Below the pieces are notes generated by a model. That model did not search any database, was not told the origin of the DNA, and saw only the letters and a list, made by a program, of their open reading frames with translations. Positions 13,001 through 25,510 of a DNA stretch of 64,000 bases are shown here, one piece after another. Location: assembly GCA_964016885.1 (NCBI GenBank), contig OZ024743.1:136586001-136650000 (forward strand), in the 5' to 3' direction. The position numbers and the translations under genes were made by a program. How positions within the stretch are numbered: position 1 is the first letter of the stretch; each line of letters begins with the position of its first letter. Source of the DNA: Eledone cirrhosa. Taxonomy: Eukaryota.

Positions 13001-16000
13001 TTGGTGTTTGGTGCTTGGTGCTTGGTGATTAGTGTTTGGTGATTGGTGCTTGGGGTTTGCTGTTTGGTGCTTGGTGTTTGGTGCTTGGTGCTTGCTGTTT
13101 GGTGTTTGGTGTTTGGTTCTTGGTGCTTGGTGTTTGGTGTTTGGTGTCTGGTGCTTGGTGCTTGGTGCTTGGTGTTTGGTGCTTGGTGCTTGGTGCTTGG
13201 TGTTTGGTGCTGCGTGCTTGGTGTTTGGTGTTTGGTGCTTGGTGCCTGGTGCTTGTAGTTTGGTGTTTGGTGCTTAGTGCTTGGTGTTTGGTGTTTGGTG
13301 CTTGGTGCTTGGTGGCTGGTGCTTGGTGCTTGGTGTTTGGAGTTTGGTGCTTGGTGCTTGGTGCCTGGTGTTTCGTGCTTGGTGCTTGGTGCTTGGTGTT
13401 TGGTGTTTGGTGCTTGGTATTTGGTGTTTGGTACTTGGTGCTTGGTGCTTGGTGCTTGGTGTTTGGTGCTTGGTGTTTGATGCTGCGTGCTTGGTGTTTG
13501 GTGTTTGGTGCTTGGTGCTTGGTGTTTGGTGTTTGGAGCTTGGTTCCTGCTGCTTGTTGTTTGGTGTTTGGTGCTTGGTGCTTGGTGTTTGGTGTTTGGT
13601 GCTTGGTGTTTGGTGCTTGGTATCTGGTGTTTGGTGCTTGATGTTTGGTGTTTGGTGCTTGGTGCTTGGTGCTTGGTGTTTGGTGTTTGGTGCTTGGTGC
13701 TTGGTGTTTGGTGCTTGGTGTTTGGTGTTTGGTGTTTGATGCTTGGTGTTTGCTGCTTGGTGCTTGGTGCTTGGTGTTTTGTGTTTGGTGCTTGGTGCCT
13801 GGTGCCTGGTGCTTGGTGCTTGGTGCTTGTTGTTTGGTGCTTGGTGCTTGGTGATTAGTGTTTGGTGCTTGGTGCTTGCGGTTTGATGCTTGTTGCCTGG
13901 GGTTTGGTGTTTGGTGCTTGGTGCTTGGTGTTCGGTGCTTGGTGCTTGGGGTTTGGTGTTTGGTGCTTGGTGCTTGGTGTTTGGTGCTTGGTGCTTGGTG
14001 TTTGGTGCTTGGTGTTTGGTGCTTGGTGCTTGGTGCTTGGTGCTTGGTGTTAGGTGTTTGGTGCTTGGTGCTTCGTGTTTGATGTTTGGTCCTTGGTGCT
14101 TGGTGTTTGGTGTTTGGTGCTTGGTGCTTGGTGTTTGGTGTTTGGTGCTTGCTGCTTGCTGCTTGGTGTTTGGTGCTTGGTGATTGGTGCTTGGTGTTTT
14201 GTGCTTGGTGCTTGGTGTTTGGTGTTTGGTGCTAGGGGCTTGGTGCTTGGTGCTTGGTGTTTGGTGCTTGGTGCTTGCTGTTTGGTGTTTGGTACTTGGT
14301 GCTTGGTGCTTGGTGTTTGATCTTGGGTCCTTGGTGCTTGGTGTTTGGTGTTTGGTGCTTGGTGCTTGGTGTTTGGTGCTTGGTGCTTGGTGTTTGGTGT
14401 TTGGTGGTTGGTGCTTGGGGCTTGGTGTTTGGTGCTTGGTGCTTGGTGTTTGGTGCTTGGTGCTTGGGGCTTGGTAGTTGGTGCTTGGTGCTTGGTGCCT
14501 GGTGTTTGGTGTTTGGTGTTTGGTGCTTGGTGTTTGGTGCTTGGTGCTTGGTGCTGGGTGGTTGGTGTTTGGTGCTTGGTGCTTGGTGCTTGTTGTTTGG
14601 TGCTTGGTGCTTGGTGCTTGGTCTTTGGTGCATGGTGTTTGGTGTTTGGCGTTTGGTGCTTGGTGCTTGGTGTTTGGTGCTTGGTGCTTGGTGCTTGGTG
14701 TTTGGTGCTTGGTTCTTGGTGATTAGTGTTTGTTGCTTGGTGCTTGGGGTTTGGTGGTTGGTCCTTGGTGCTTGGTGTTTGGTGTTTGGTGTTTGGTGTT
14801 TGGTGTTTGCTGTTTGGTGTCTGCTTTTTGGTGTTTGGTGTTTGCTGTATGGTGTTTGCTGTTTCGTATTTGGTTTTTGCTGTTTGGTGTTTGGTGTTTG
14901 CTGTTTTGTGTTTGGTGTTTGGTGCTTGGTGCTTGGTGCTTGGTGTTTGGCGTTTGGTGCTTGGAGCTTGGTGTTTGGTGCTTGGTGATTGGTGTTTGGT
15001 GTTTGGTGCTTGGTGCCTGGTGCTTGTTGTATGGTGTTTGGTGCTTGGTGCTTGGTGTTTGGTGTTTGCTGCTTGGTGTCTGGTGTTTGGTGCTTGGTGT
15101 TTGGTGTTTGGTGCTTGGTGCTTGGTGCTTGGTGTTTGGTGTTTGGTGCTTGGTGTTTGGTGTTTGGTGCTGGGTGCATGGAGTTTGGTGCTTGGTGCTT
15201 AGTGCTTGGTGTTTGGTGTTTGGTGCTTGGTATTTGGTGTTTGGTGTTTGATGCTTGGTGTGTGGTGCTTGGTGCTTGGTGTTTTGTGTTTGGTGCTTGG
15301 TGCTTGGTGCCTGGTGCTTGGTGCTTGGTGCTTGTTGTTTGGTGCTTGGTGCTTGGTGATTAGTGTTTGGTGCTTGGTCCTTGGGGTTTGCTGTTTGGTG
15401 CGTGGTGCTTGGTATTTGGTGCTTGGTGCTTGGTGTTTGGTGTTTGGTGCTTGGAATTTGGTGTTTGGTGCTTGGTGCTTGGTGCTTGGTGTTTGGTGCT
15501 TGGTGCTTGGTGTTTGGTGCTTGGTGCTTTGTGTTTGGTGCTTGGTGTTTGGTGCTTGCTGCTTGGTGCTTGGTGCTTGGTGTTAGGTGTTTGGTGCTTG
15601 ATGATTGGTGTTTGATGTTAGGTTCTTGGTGCTTGGTGTTTGGTGTTTGGTGCTTGGTGCTTGGTGTTTGGTGTTTGGTGCTTGGTGTTTTGTGTTTGGA
15701 GTTTGGTGCTTGGTGTTTGGTGCTTCGGTCTTGGTGTTTGGTGTTTGGTGCTTGGTGCTTGGTGTTTGGTGTTTGGTGCCTGGTGCTTGGTGTTTGGTGG
15801 TTGATGTTTGGTGTTTGGTGATTGGTGCTTGGTGTTTGGTGCTTGGTGCTTGGTGCTTGGTGCTTGGTGTTAGGCGTTTGGTGCTTGGTGCTTGGTGATT
15901 GATGTTTGGTCCTTGGTGCTTGGTGTTTGGTATTTGGTGCTTGGTGCTTGGTGCTTGGTGTTAGGTGTTTGGTGCTTGCTGCTGCTGCTTGGTGTTTGGA

Positions 16001-19000
16001 GCTAGGGGCTTGGTGCTTGGTGCTTGGTGTTTGGTGCTTGGTGCTTGGTGTTTGGTGTTTGGTGCTTGGTGCGTGGGACTTGGTGTTTGTTGCTTGGTGT
16101 TTGGTGTTTGGTGTTTGGTGCTTGGTGCCTGGTGCTTGGTGTTTGGTGTTTGGTGCTTGGTGTTTGGTGCTTGGGGTTTCGTGCTTGGTGTTCGGTGCTT
16201 GGTGCTTGGTGCTTGGTGCTTGGTGTTTGGTGTTTGGTGCTTGGTGCTTGGTGTTTGATGTTTGGTCCTTGGTGCTTGGTGTTTGGTGTTGTGTGCTTGG
16301 TGCTTGGTGCTTGGTGTTTGGTGCTTGGTGCTTGGTGCTTGGTGTTTGGCGTTTGCTGTTTGCTGTTTGGTGTTTGCTGTTTGCTGTTTGGTGTTTGCTG
16401 TTTGGTGTTTGGTGTTTGGTGCTTGCTGTTTGGTGCTTGGTGCTTGGTGTTTGGTGTTTGGTGCTTGGTGTTTGGTGATTGGTGCTTGGTGCTGGGTGTT
16501 TGGTGCTTGGTGCTTGGTGTTTGGTGCTTGGTGCTTGGTGCTTGGTGTTTGGTCCTTGGTGCTTGGAGCTTGGTCTTTGGTGCTTGGGTTTTGGTGTTTG
16601 GTGCTTGGTGCTTGGTGTTTGGTGCTTGGTGCTTGGTGCTTGGTGCTTGGTGTTTGGTGCTTGCTGCTTGGTGCTTGGTGTTTGGTGCTTGGTGCTTGGT
16701 GATTAGTGTTTGGTGATTGGTGCTTGGGGTTTGGTTTTTGGGGCTTGGTGTTTGGTGCTTGGTGCTTGCTGTTTGGTGTTTGGTGTTTGGTGTTTGGTTC
16801 TTGGTGCTTGGTGTTTGGTGTTTGGTGTTTGGTGCTTGGTGCTTGGTGCTTGGTGTTTGGTGCTTGGTGCTTGGTGCTTGGTGTTTGGTGCTGCGTGCTT
16901 GGTGTTTGGTGTTTGGTGCTTGGTGCCTGGTGCTTGTTGTTTGGTGTTTGGTGCTTAGTGCTTGGTGTTTGGTGTTTGGTCCTTGGTGCTTGGTGGCTGG
17001 TGTTTGGTGCTTGGTGTTTGGATTTTGGTGCTTGGTGCTTGGTGCCTGGTGTTTCGTGCTTGGTGCTTGGTGCTTGGTGTTTGGTGTTTGGTGCTTGGTG
17101 TTTGGTGTTTGGTGCTTGGTACTTGGTGCTTGGTGCTTGGTGCTTGGTGTTTGGTGCTTGGTGTTTGATGCTGCGTGCTTGGTGTTTGGTGTTTGGTGCT
17201 TGGTGCTTGGTGTTTGGTGTTTGGAGCTTGGTGCCTGGTGCTTGTTGTTTGGTGTTTGGCGCTTGGTGCTTGGTGTTTGGTGTTTGGTGCTTGATGTTTG
17301 GTGTTTGGTGCTTGGTGCTTGGTGCTTGGTATCTGGTGTTTGGTGCTTGATGTTTGGTGTTTGGTGCTTGGTGTTTGGTGTTTGGTGCTTGGTGCTTGGT
17401 GTTTGGTGCTTGGTGTTTGGTGTTTGGTGTTTGATGCTTGGTGTTTGCTGCTTGGTGCTTGGTGCTTTGTGTTTTGTGTTTGGTGCTTGGTGCTTGGTGC
17501 CTGGTGCTTGGTGCTTGGTGCTTGTTGTCAGGTGCTTGGTGCTTGGTGATTAGTGTTTGGTGCTTGGTGCTTGCGGTATGGTGTTAGGTGCTTGGGGTTT
17601 GGTGTTTGGTGCTTGGTGCTTGGTGTTTGGTGCTTGGTGCTTGGTGCTTGGTGTTTGGTGCTTGGTGTTTGGTGTTTGGTGTTTGGTGCTTGGTGTTTGG
17701 TGTTTGGCGTTTGCTGTTTGCTGTTTGCTGTTTGGTGTTTGCTGTTTGGTGTTTGCTGTTTGGTGTTTGGTGTTTGGTGCTTGCTGTTTGGTGCTTGGTG
17801 CTTGGTGTTTGGTGTTTGGTGCTTGGTGCTTGGTGCTGGGTGTTTGGTGCTTGGTGCTTGGTGTTTGGTGCTTGGTGCTTGGTGCTTGGTGTTTGGTCCT
17901 TGGTGCTTGGTGCTTGGTCTTTGGTGCTTGGGTTTTGGTGTTTGGTGCTTGCTGCTTGGTGTTTGGTGCTTGGTTCTTGGTGCTTGGTGCTTGGTGTTTG
18001 GTGATTGCTGCTTGGTGCTTGGTGTTTGGTGCTTGGTGCTTGGTGATTAGTGTTTGGTGATTGGTGCTTGGGGTTTGCTGTTTGGTGCTTGGTGTTTGGT
18101 GCTTGGTGCTTGCTGTTTGGTGTTTGGTGTTTGGTTCCTGGTGCTTGGTTTTTGGTGTTTGGTGTTTGGTGCTTGGTGCTTGGTGCTTGGTGTTTGGTGC
18201 TTGGTGCTTGGTGCTTGCTCTTTGGTGCTGCGTGCTTGGTGTTTGGTGTTTGGTGCTTGGTGACTGGTGCTTGTTGTTTGGTGTTTGGTGCTTAGTGCTT
18301 GGTGTTTGGAGTTTGGTGCTGGGTGCTTGGTGCCTGGTGTTTCGTGCTTGGTGCTTGGTGCTTGGTGTTTGGTGTTTGGTGCTTGGTGTTTGGTGTTTGG
18401 TACTTGGTGCTTGGTGCTTGGTGCTTGGTGTTTGGTGCTTGGTGTTTGATGCTGCGTGCTTGGTGTTTGGTGTTTGGTTCTTGGTGCTTGGTGTTTGGTG
18501 TTTGGAGCTTGATGCCTGCTGCTTGTTGTTTGGTGTTTGGTGCTTGCTGCTTGGTGTTTGGTGTTTGGTGCTTGGTGCTTGGTGCTTGGTATCTGGTGTT
18601 TGGTGCTTGATGTTTGGTGTTTGGTGCTTGGTGCTTGGTGTTTGGTGTTTGGTGCTTGGTGCTTGGTGTTTGGTGCTTGGTGTTTGGTGTTTGGTGTTTG
18701 ATGCTTGGTGTTTGCTGCTTGGTGCTTGGTGCTTGGTGTTTTGTGTTTGGTGCTTGGTGCTTGGTGCCTGGTGCTTGGTGCTTGGTGCTTGATGTTTGGT
18801 GCTTGGTGCTTGGTGATTAGTGTTTGGTGCTTGGTGCTTGGTGTTTGGTGCTTGGTGCTTGGGGCTTGGTATTTGGTGCTTGGTGCTTGGTGCCTGGTGT
18901 TTGGTGTTTGGTGTTTGGTGCTTGGTCTTTGGTGCTTGGTGCTTGGTGCTGGGTGGTTGGTGTTTGGTGCTTGGTGCTTGGTGTTTGGTGCTTGGTGCTT

Positions 19001-19685
19001 GGTGCTTGTTGTTTGGTGCTTGGTGCTTGGTGCTTGGTCTTTGGTGCATGGTGTTTGGTGTTTGGTGCTTTGTGCTTGGTGCTTGGTGTTTGGTGCTTGG
19101 TGCTTGGTGCTTGGTGTTTGGTGCTTGGTGCTTGGTGATTAGTGTTTGTTGCTTGGTGCTTGGGGTTTGGTGGTTGGTGCTTGGTGCTTGGTGTTTGGTG
19201 TTTTGTGTTTGGTGTTTGCTGTTTGCTGTTTGGTGTCTGCTTTTTGGTGTTTGGTGTTTGCTGTATGGTGTTTGCTGTTTCGTATTTGGTTTTTGCTGTT
19301 TGGTGTTTGGTGTTTGCTGTTTGGTGTTTGGTGTTTGGTGTTTGGTGCTTGGTGCTTGGTGCTTGGTGTTTGGTGCTTGGTGCTTGGTGTTTGGTGTTTG
19401 GTGCCTGGTGCTTGTTGTATGGTGTTTGGTGCTTGGTGCTTGGTGTTTGCTGTTTGCTGCTTGGTGTCTGGTGTTTGGTGCTTGGTGTTTGGTGTTTGGT
19501 GCTTGGTGATTAGTGTTTGGTGATTGGTGCTTGGGGTTTGGTGTTTGGGGCTTGGTGTTTGGTGCTTGGTGCTTGCTGTTTGGTGTTTGGTGTTTGGTGC
19601 TTGGTGTTTGGTGTTTGGTGTTTGGTGCTTGGTGCTTGGTGCTTGGTGTTTGGTGCTTGGTGCTTGGTGCTTGGTGTTTGGTGCT
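9400..19685. repeat. ~10 kb segment duplicated at ~25,510-35,790 (offset ~16.0-16.2 kb)
   Basis: ORF pairs 10141/26169 (16,028), 13032/29151 (16,119), 14726/30866, 15906/32046 and 17553/33693 (16,140), and 18820/34925 and 19513/35618 (16,105). Shared rare markers include TGCTGCTGCTGC, GTTGTCAGG, GCGGTATGG and GCTTGCTCTTT. Confidence 0.88.
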
Positions 19686-22600
19686 TGGTGCTTGGGGCTT
19701 GGTAGTTGGTGCTTGGTGCTTGGTGCCTGGTGTTTGGTGTTTGGTGTTTGGTGCTTGGTGTTTGGTGCTTGGTGCTTGGTGCTGGGTGGTTGGTGTTTGG
19801 TGCTTGGTGCTTGGTGTTTGGTGCTTGGTGCTTGGTGCTTGTTGTTTGGTGCTTGGTGCTTGGTGCTTGGTCTTTGGTGCATGGTGTTTGGTGTTTGGCG
19901 CTTGGTGCTTGGTGCTTGGTGTTTGGTGCTTGGTGCTTGGTGCTTGGTGTTTGGTGCTTGGTTCTTGGTGATTAGTGTTTGTTGCTTGGTGCTTGGTGTT
20001 TGGTGTTTGGTGTTTGCTGTTTGGTGTCTGCTTTTTTGTGTTTGGTGTTTGCTGTATGGTGTTTGCTGTTTCGTATTTGGTTTTTGCTGTTTGGTGTTTG
20101 GTGTTTGCTGTTTTGTGTTTGGTGTTTGGTGCTTGGTGCTTGGTGCTTGGTGTTTGGCGTTTGGTGCTTGGAGCTTGGTGTTTGGTGCTTGGTGCTTGGT
20201 GTTTGGTGTTTGGTGCTTGGTGCCTGGTGCTTGTTGTATGGTGTTTGGTGCTTGGTGCTTGGTGTTTGGTGTTTGCTGCTTGGTGTCTGGTGTTTGGTGC
20301 TTGGTGTTTGGTGCTTGGTGCTTGGTGCTTGGTGCTTGGTGTTTGGTGTTTGGTGCTTGGTGCTTGGTGTTTGGTGTTTGGTACTGGGTGCATGGAGTTT
20401 GGTGCTTGGTGCTTAGTGCTTGGTGTTTGGTGTTTGGTGCTTGGTATTTGGTGTTTGGTGTTTGATGCTTGGTGTGTGGTGCTTGGTGATTGGTGTTTTG
20501 TGTTTGGTGCTTGGTGCTTGGTGCCTGGTGCTTGGTGCTTGGTGCTTGTTGTTTGGTGCTTGGTGCTTGGTGATTAGTGTTTGGTGCTTGGTCCTTGGGG
20601 TTTGCTGTTTGGTGCGTGGAGCTTGGTATTTGGTGCTTGGTGCTTGGTGTTTGGTGTTTGGTGCTTGGGGTTTGGTGTTTGGTGCTTGGTGCTTGGTGTT
20701 TGGTGCTTGGTGCTTGGTGTTTGGTGCTTGGTGCTTTGTGTTTGGTGCTTGGTGTTTGGTGCTTGGTGCTTGGTGCTTGGTGCTTGGTGTTAGGTGTTTG
20801 GTGCTTGGTGATTGGTGTTTGATGTTAGGTTCTTGGTGCTTGGTGTTTGGTGTTTGGTGCTTGGTACTTGGTGTTTGGTGTTTGGTGGTTGCTGCTTGGT
20901 GCTTTTTTTTTGTGTTTGGAGTTTGGTGCTTGGTGTTTGGTGCTTCGGTCTTGGTGTTTGGTGTTTGGTGATTGCTGCTTGTTGCTTGGTGTTTGGTGCT
21001 TGGTGCTTGGTGATTAGTGTTTGGTGATTGGTGCTTGGGGTTTGCTGTTTGGTGCTTGGTGTTTGGTGCTTGGTGCTTGCTGTTTGGTGTTTGGTGTTTG
21101 GTTCTTGGTGCTTGGTGCTTGGTGTTTGGTGCTTGGTGCTTGGTGCTTGGTGCTTGGTGTTTGGTGCTTGGTGTTTGATGCTGCGTGCTTGGTGTTTGGT
21201 GTTTGGTGCTTGGTGCTTGGTGTTTGGTGTTTGGAGCTTGATTCCTGCTGATTGTTGTTTGGTGTTTGGTGCTTGGTGCTTGGTGTTTGGTGTTTGGTGC
21301 TTGGTGCTTGGTGCTTGGTATCTGGTGTTTGGTGCTTGGTGTTTGGTGTTTGGTGCTTGGTGCTTGGTGTTTGGTGCTTGGTGTTTGGTGTTTGGTCTTT
21401 GATGCTTGGTGTTTGCTGCTTGGTGCTTGGTGCTTGGTGTTTTGTGTTTGGTGCTTGGTGCCTGGTGACTGGTGCTTGGTGCTTGGTGCTTGTTGTTTGG
21501 TGCTTGGTGCTTGGTGATTAGTGTTTGGTGCTTGTTGCTTGCGGTTTGATGTTTGGTGCTTGTGGTTTGGTGTTTGGTGCTTGGTGCTTGGTGTTTGGTG
21601 CTTGGTGCTTGGTGCTTGGTGTTTGGTGCTTGGTGCTTGGTGTTAGGTGTTTGGTGCTTGGTGCTTGGTGTTTGATGTTTGGTCCTTGGTGCTTGGTGTT
21701 TGGTGTTTGGTGCTTGGTGCTTGGTGTTTGGTGTTTGGTGCTTGCTGCTTGCTGCTTGGTGTTTTGTGCTTGGTGATTGGTGCTTGGTGTTTTGTGCTTG
21801 GTGCTTGGTGCTTGGTATCTGGTGTTTGGTGCTTGGTGTTTGGTGTTTGGTGCTTGGTGCTTGGTGTTTGGTGCTTGGTGTTTGGTGTTTGGTGTTTGAT
21901 GCTTGGTGTTTGCTGCTTGGTTCTTGGTGCTTGGTGTTTTGTGTTTGGTGCTTGGTGCTTGGTGCTTGGTATCTGGTGTTTGGTGCTTGGTGTTTGGTGT
22001 TTGGTGCTTGGTACTTGGTGTTTGGTGCTTGGTGTTTGGTGTTTGGTGTTTGATGCTTGGTGTTTGCTGCTTGGTGCTTGGTGCTTGGTGTTTTGTGTTT
22101 GGTGCTTGGTGCCTGGTGCCTGGTGCTTGGTGCTTGGTGCTTGTTGTTTGGTGCTTGGTGCTTGGTGATTAGTGCTTGGTGCTTGGTGCTTGCGGTTTGA
22201 TGTTTGGTGCTTGGGGTTTGGTGTTTGGTGCTTGGTGCTTGGTGTTTGGTGCTTGGTGCTTGGTGCTTGGTGTTTGGTGCTTGGTGCTTGGTGTTAGGTG
22301 TTTGGTGCTTGGTGCTTGGTGTTTGATGTTTGGTCCTTGGTGCTTGGTGTTTGGTGTTTGGTGCTTGGTGCTTGGTGTTTGGTGTTTGGTGCTTGCTGCT
22401 TGCTGCTTGGTGTTTGGTGCTTGGTGATTGGTGCTTGGTGTTTTGTGCTTGGTGCTTGGTGTTTGGTGTTTGGTGCTAGGGGCTTGGTGATTGGTGCTTG
22501 GTGTTTGGTGCCTGGTGCTTGCTGTTTGGTTTTTGGTGCTTGGTGCGTGGGACATAGTGTTTGGTGTTTGGTGCTTGGTGTTTGGTGATTGGTGTTTGGT

Positions 22601-23599
22601 GCTTGGTGTTTGGGGCTTGGTGTTCGGTGCTTGGTGCTTGGTGCTTGGGGCTTGGTGTTTGGTGTTTGGTGCTTGGTGCTTGGTGTTTGATCTTGGGTCC
22701 TTGGTGCTTGGTCTTTGGTGTTTGGTGCTTGGTGCTTGGTGTTTGGTGCTTGGTGCTTGGTGTTTGGTGTTTGGTGCTTGGTGCTTGGGGCTTGGTGTTT
22801 GGTGCTTGGTGCTTGGTGTTTGGTGCTTGGTGCTTGGGGCTTGGTAGTTGGTGCTTGGTGCTTGGTGCCTGGTGTTTGGTGTTTGGAGTTTGGTGCTTGG
22901 TGTTTGGTGCTTGGTGCTTGGTGCTGGGTGGTTGGTGTTTGGTGCTTGGTGCTTGGTGTTTGGTGCTTGGTGCTTGGTGCTTGTTGTTTGGTGCTTGGTG
23001 CTTGGTGCTTGGTCTTTGGTGCATGGTGTTTGGTGTTTGACGCTTGGTGCTTGGTGCTTGGTGTTTGGTGCTTGGTGCTTGGTGCTTGGTGTTTGGTGCT
23101 TGGTTCTTGGTGATTAGTGTTTGTTGCTTGGTGCTTGGGGTTTGGTGGTTGGTCCTTGGTGCTTGGTGTTTGGTGTTTGGTGTTTGGTGTTTGGTGTTTG
23201 CTGTTTGGTGTCTGCTTTTTGGTGTTTGGTGTTTGCTGTATGGTGTTTGCTGTTTCGTATTTGGTTTTTGCTGTTTGGTGTTTGGTGTTTGCTGTTTTGT
23301 GTTTGGTGTTTGGTGCTTGGTGCTTGGTGCTTGGTGTTTGGCGTTTGGTGCTTGGAGCTTGGTGTTTGGTGCTTGGTGCTTGGTGTTTGGTGTTTGGTGC
23401 TTGGTGCCTGGTGCTTGTTGTATGGTGTTTGGTGCTTGGTGCTTGGTGTTTGGTGTTTGCTGCTTGGTGTCTGGTGTTTGGTGCTTGGTGTTTGGTGCTC
23501 TGTGCTTGGTGCTTGGTGCTTGGTGTTTGGTGTTTGGTGCTTGGTGCTTGGTGTTTGGTGTTTGGTGCTGGGTGCATGGAGTTTGGTGTTTGGTGCTTA

Positions 23600-25510
23600 G
23601 TGCTTGGTGTTTGGTGTTTGGTGCTTGGTATTTGGTGTTTGGTGTTTGATGCTTGGTGTGTGGTGCTTGGTGATTGGTGTTTTGTGTTTGGTGCTTGGTG
23701 CTTTGTGCCTGGTGCTTGGTGCTTGGTGCTTGTTGTTTGGTGCTTGGTGCTTGGTGATTAGTGTTTGGTGCTTGGTCCTTGGGGTTTGCTGTTTGGTGCG
23801 TGGAGCTTGGTATTTGGTGCTTGGTGCTTGGTGTTTGGTGTTTGGTGCTTGGGGTTTGGTGTTTGGTGCTTGGTGCTTGGTGTTTGGTGCTTGGTGCTTG
23901 GTGTTTGGTGCTTGGTGCTTTGTGTTTGGTGCTTGGTGTTTGGTGCTTGGTGCTTGGTGCTTGGTGCTTGGTGTTAGGTGTTTGGTGCTTGGTGATTGGT
24001 GTTTGATGTTACGTTCTTGGTGCTTGGTGTTTGGTGTTTGGTGCTTGGTACTTGGTGTTTGGTGTTTGGTGGTTGCTGCTTGGTGCTTGGTGTTTGGTGC
24101 TTGGTGCTTGGTGATTAGTGTTTGGTGATTGGTGCTTGGGGTTTGCTGTTTGGTGCTTGGTGTTTGGTGCTTGGTGCTTGCTGTTTGGTGTTTGGTGTTT
24201 GGTTCTTGGTGCTTGGTGTTTGGTGTTTGGTGTCTGGTGCTTGGTGCTTGGTGCTTGGTGTTTGGTGCTTGGTGCTTGGTGCTTGGTGTTTGGTGCTGCG
24301 TGCTTGGTGTTTGGTGTTTGGTGCTTGGTGCCTGGTGCTTGTTGTTTGGTGTTTGGTGCTTAGTGCTTGGTGTTTGGTGTTTGGTGCTTGGTGCTTGGTG
24401 GCTGGTGCTTGGTGCTTGGTGTTTGGAGTTTGGTGCTTGGTGCTTGGTGCCTGGTGTTTCGTGCTTGGTGCTTGGTGCTTGGTGTTTGGTGTTTGGTGCT
24501 TGGTGTTTGGTGTTTGGTACTTGGTGCTTGGTGCTTGGTGCTTGGTGTTTGGTGCTTGGTGTTTGATGCTGCGTGCTTGGTGTTTGGTGTTTGGTGCTTG
24601 GTGCTTGGTGTTTGGTGTTTGGAGCTTGGTTCCTGCTGCTTGTTGTTTGGTGTTTGGTGCTTGGTGCTTGGTGTTTGGTGTTTGGTGCTTGGTGTTTGGT
24701 GCTTGGTATCTGGTGTTTGGTGCTTGATGTTTGGTGTTTGGTGCTTGGTGCTTGGTGCTTGGTGTTTGGTGTTTGGTGCTTGGTGCTTGGTGTTTGGTGC
24801 TTGGTGTTTGGTGTTTGGTGTTTGATGCTTGGTGTTTGCTGCTTGGTGCTTGGTGCTTGGTGTTTTGTGTTTGGTGCTTGGTGCCTGGTGCCTGGTGCTT
24901 GGTGCTTGGTGCTTGTTGTTTGGTGCTTGGTGCTTGGTGATTAGTGTTTGGTGCTTGGTGCTTGCGGTTTGATGCTTGGTGCCTGGGGTTTGGTGTTTGG
25001 TGCTTGGTGCTTGGTGTTTGGTGCTTGGTGCTTGGGGTTTGGTGTTTGGTGCTTGGTGCTTGGTGTTTGGTGCTTGGTGCTTGGTGTTTGGTGCTTGGTG
25101 TTTGGTGCTTGGTGCTTGGTGCTTGGTGCTTGGTGTTAGGTGTTTGGTGCTTGGTCTTTCGTGTTTGATGTTTGGTCCTTGGTGCTTGGTGTTTGGTGTT
25201 TGGTGCTTGGTGCTTGGTGTTTGGTGTTTGGTGCTTGCTGCTTGCTGCTTGGTGTTTGGTGCTTGGTGATTGGTGCTTGGTGTTTTGTGCTTGGTGCTTG
25301 GTGTTTGGTGTTTGGTGCTAGGGGCTTGGTGCTTGGTGCTTGGTGTTTGGTGCTTGGTGCTTGCTGTTTGGTGTTTGGTGCTTGGTGCTTGGTGCTTGGT
25401 GTTTGATCTTGGGTCCTTGGTGCTTGGTGTTTGGTGTTTGGTGCTTGGTGCTTGGTGTTTGGTGCTTGGTGCTTGGTGTTTGGTGTTTGGTGGTTGGTGC
25501 TTGGGGCTTG
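23600..25510. repeat. ~1.9 kb segment duplicated at ~28,630-30,545 (offset 5,033 = 719 monomers)
   Basis: ORF pairs 23761/28794, 24118/29151, 24944/29977 and 25270/30303. The marker GTTACGTTC is shared (~24008, ~29041, also ~12838). Confidence 0.85.
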
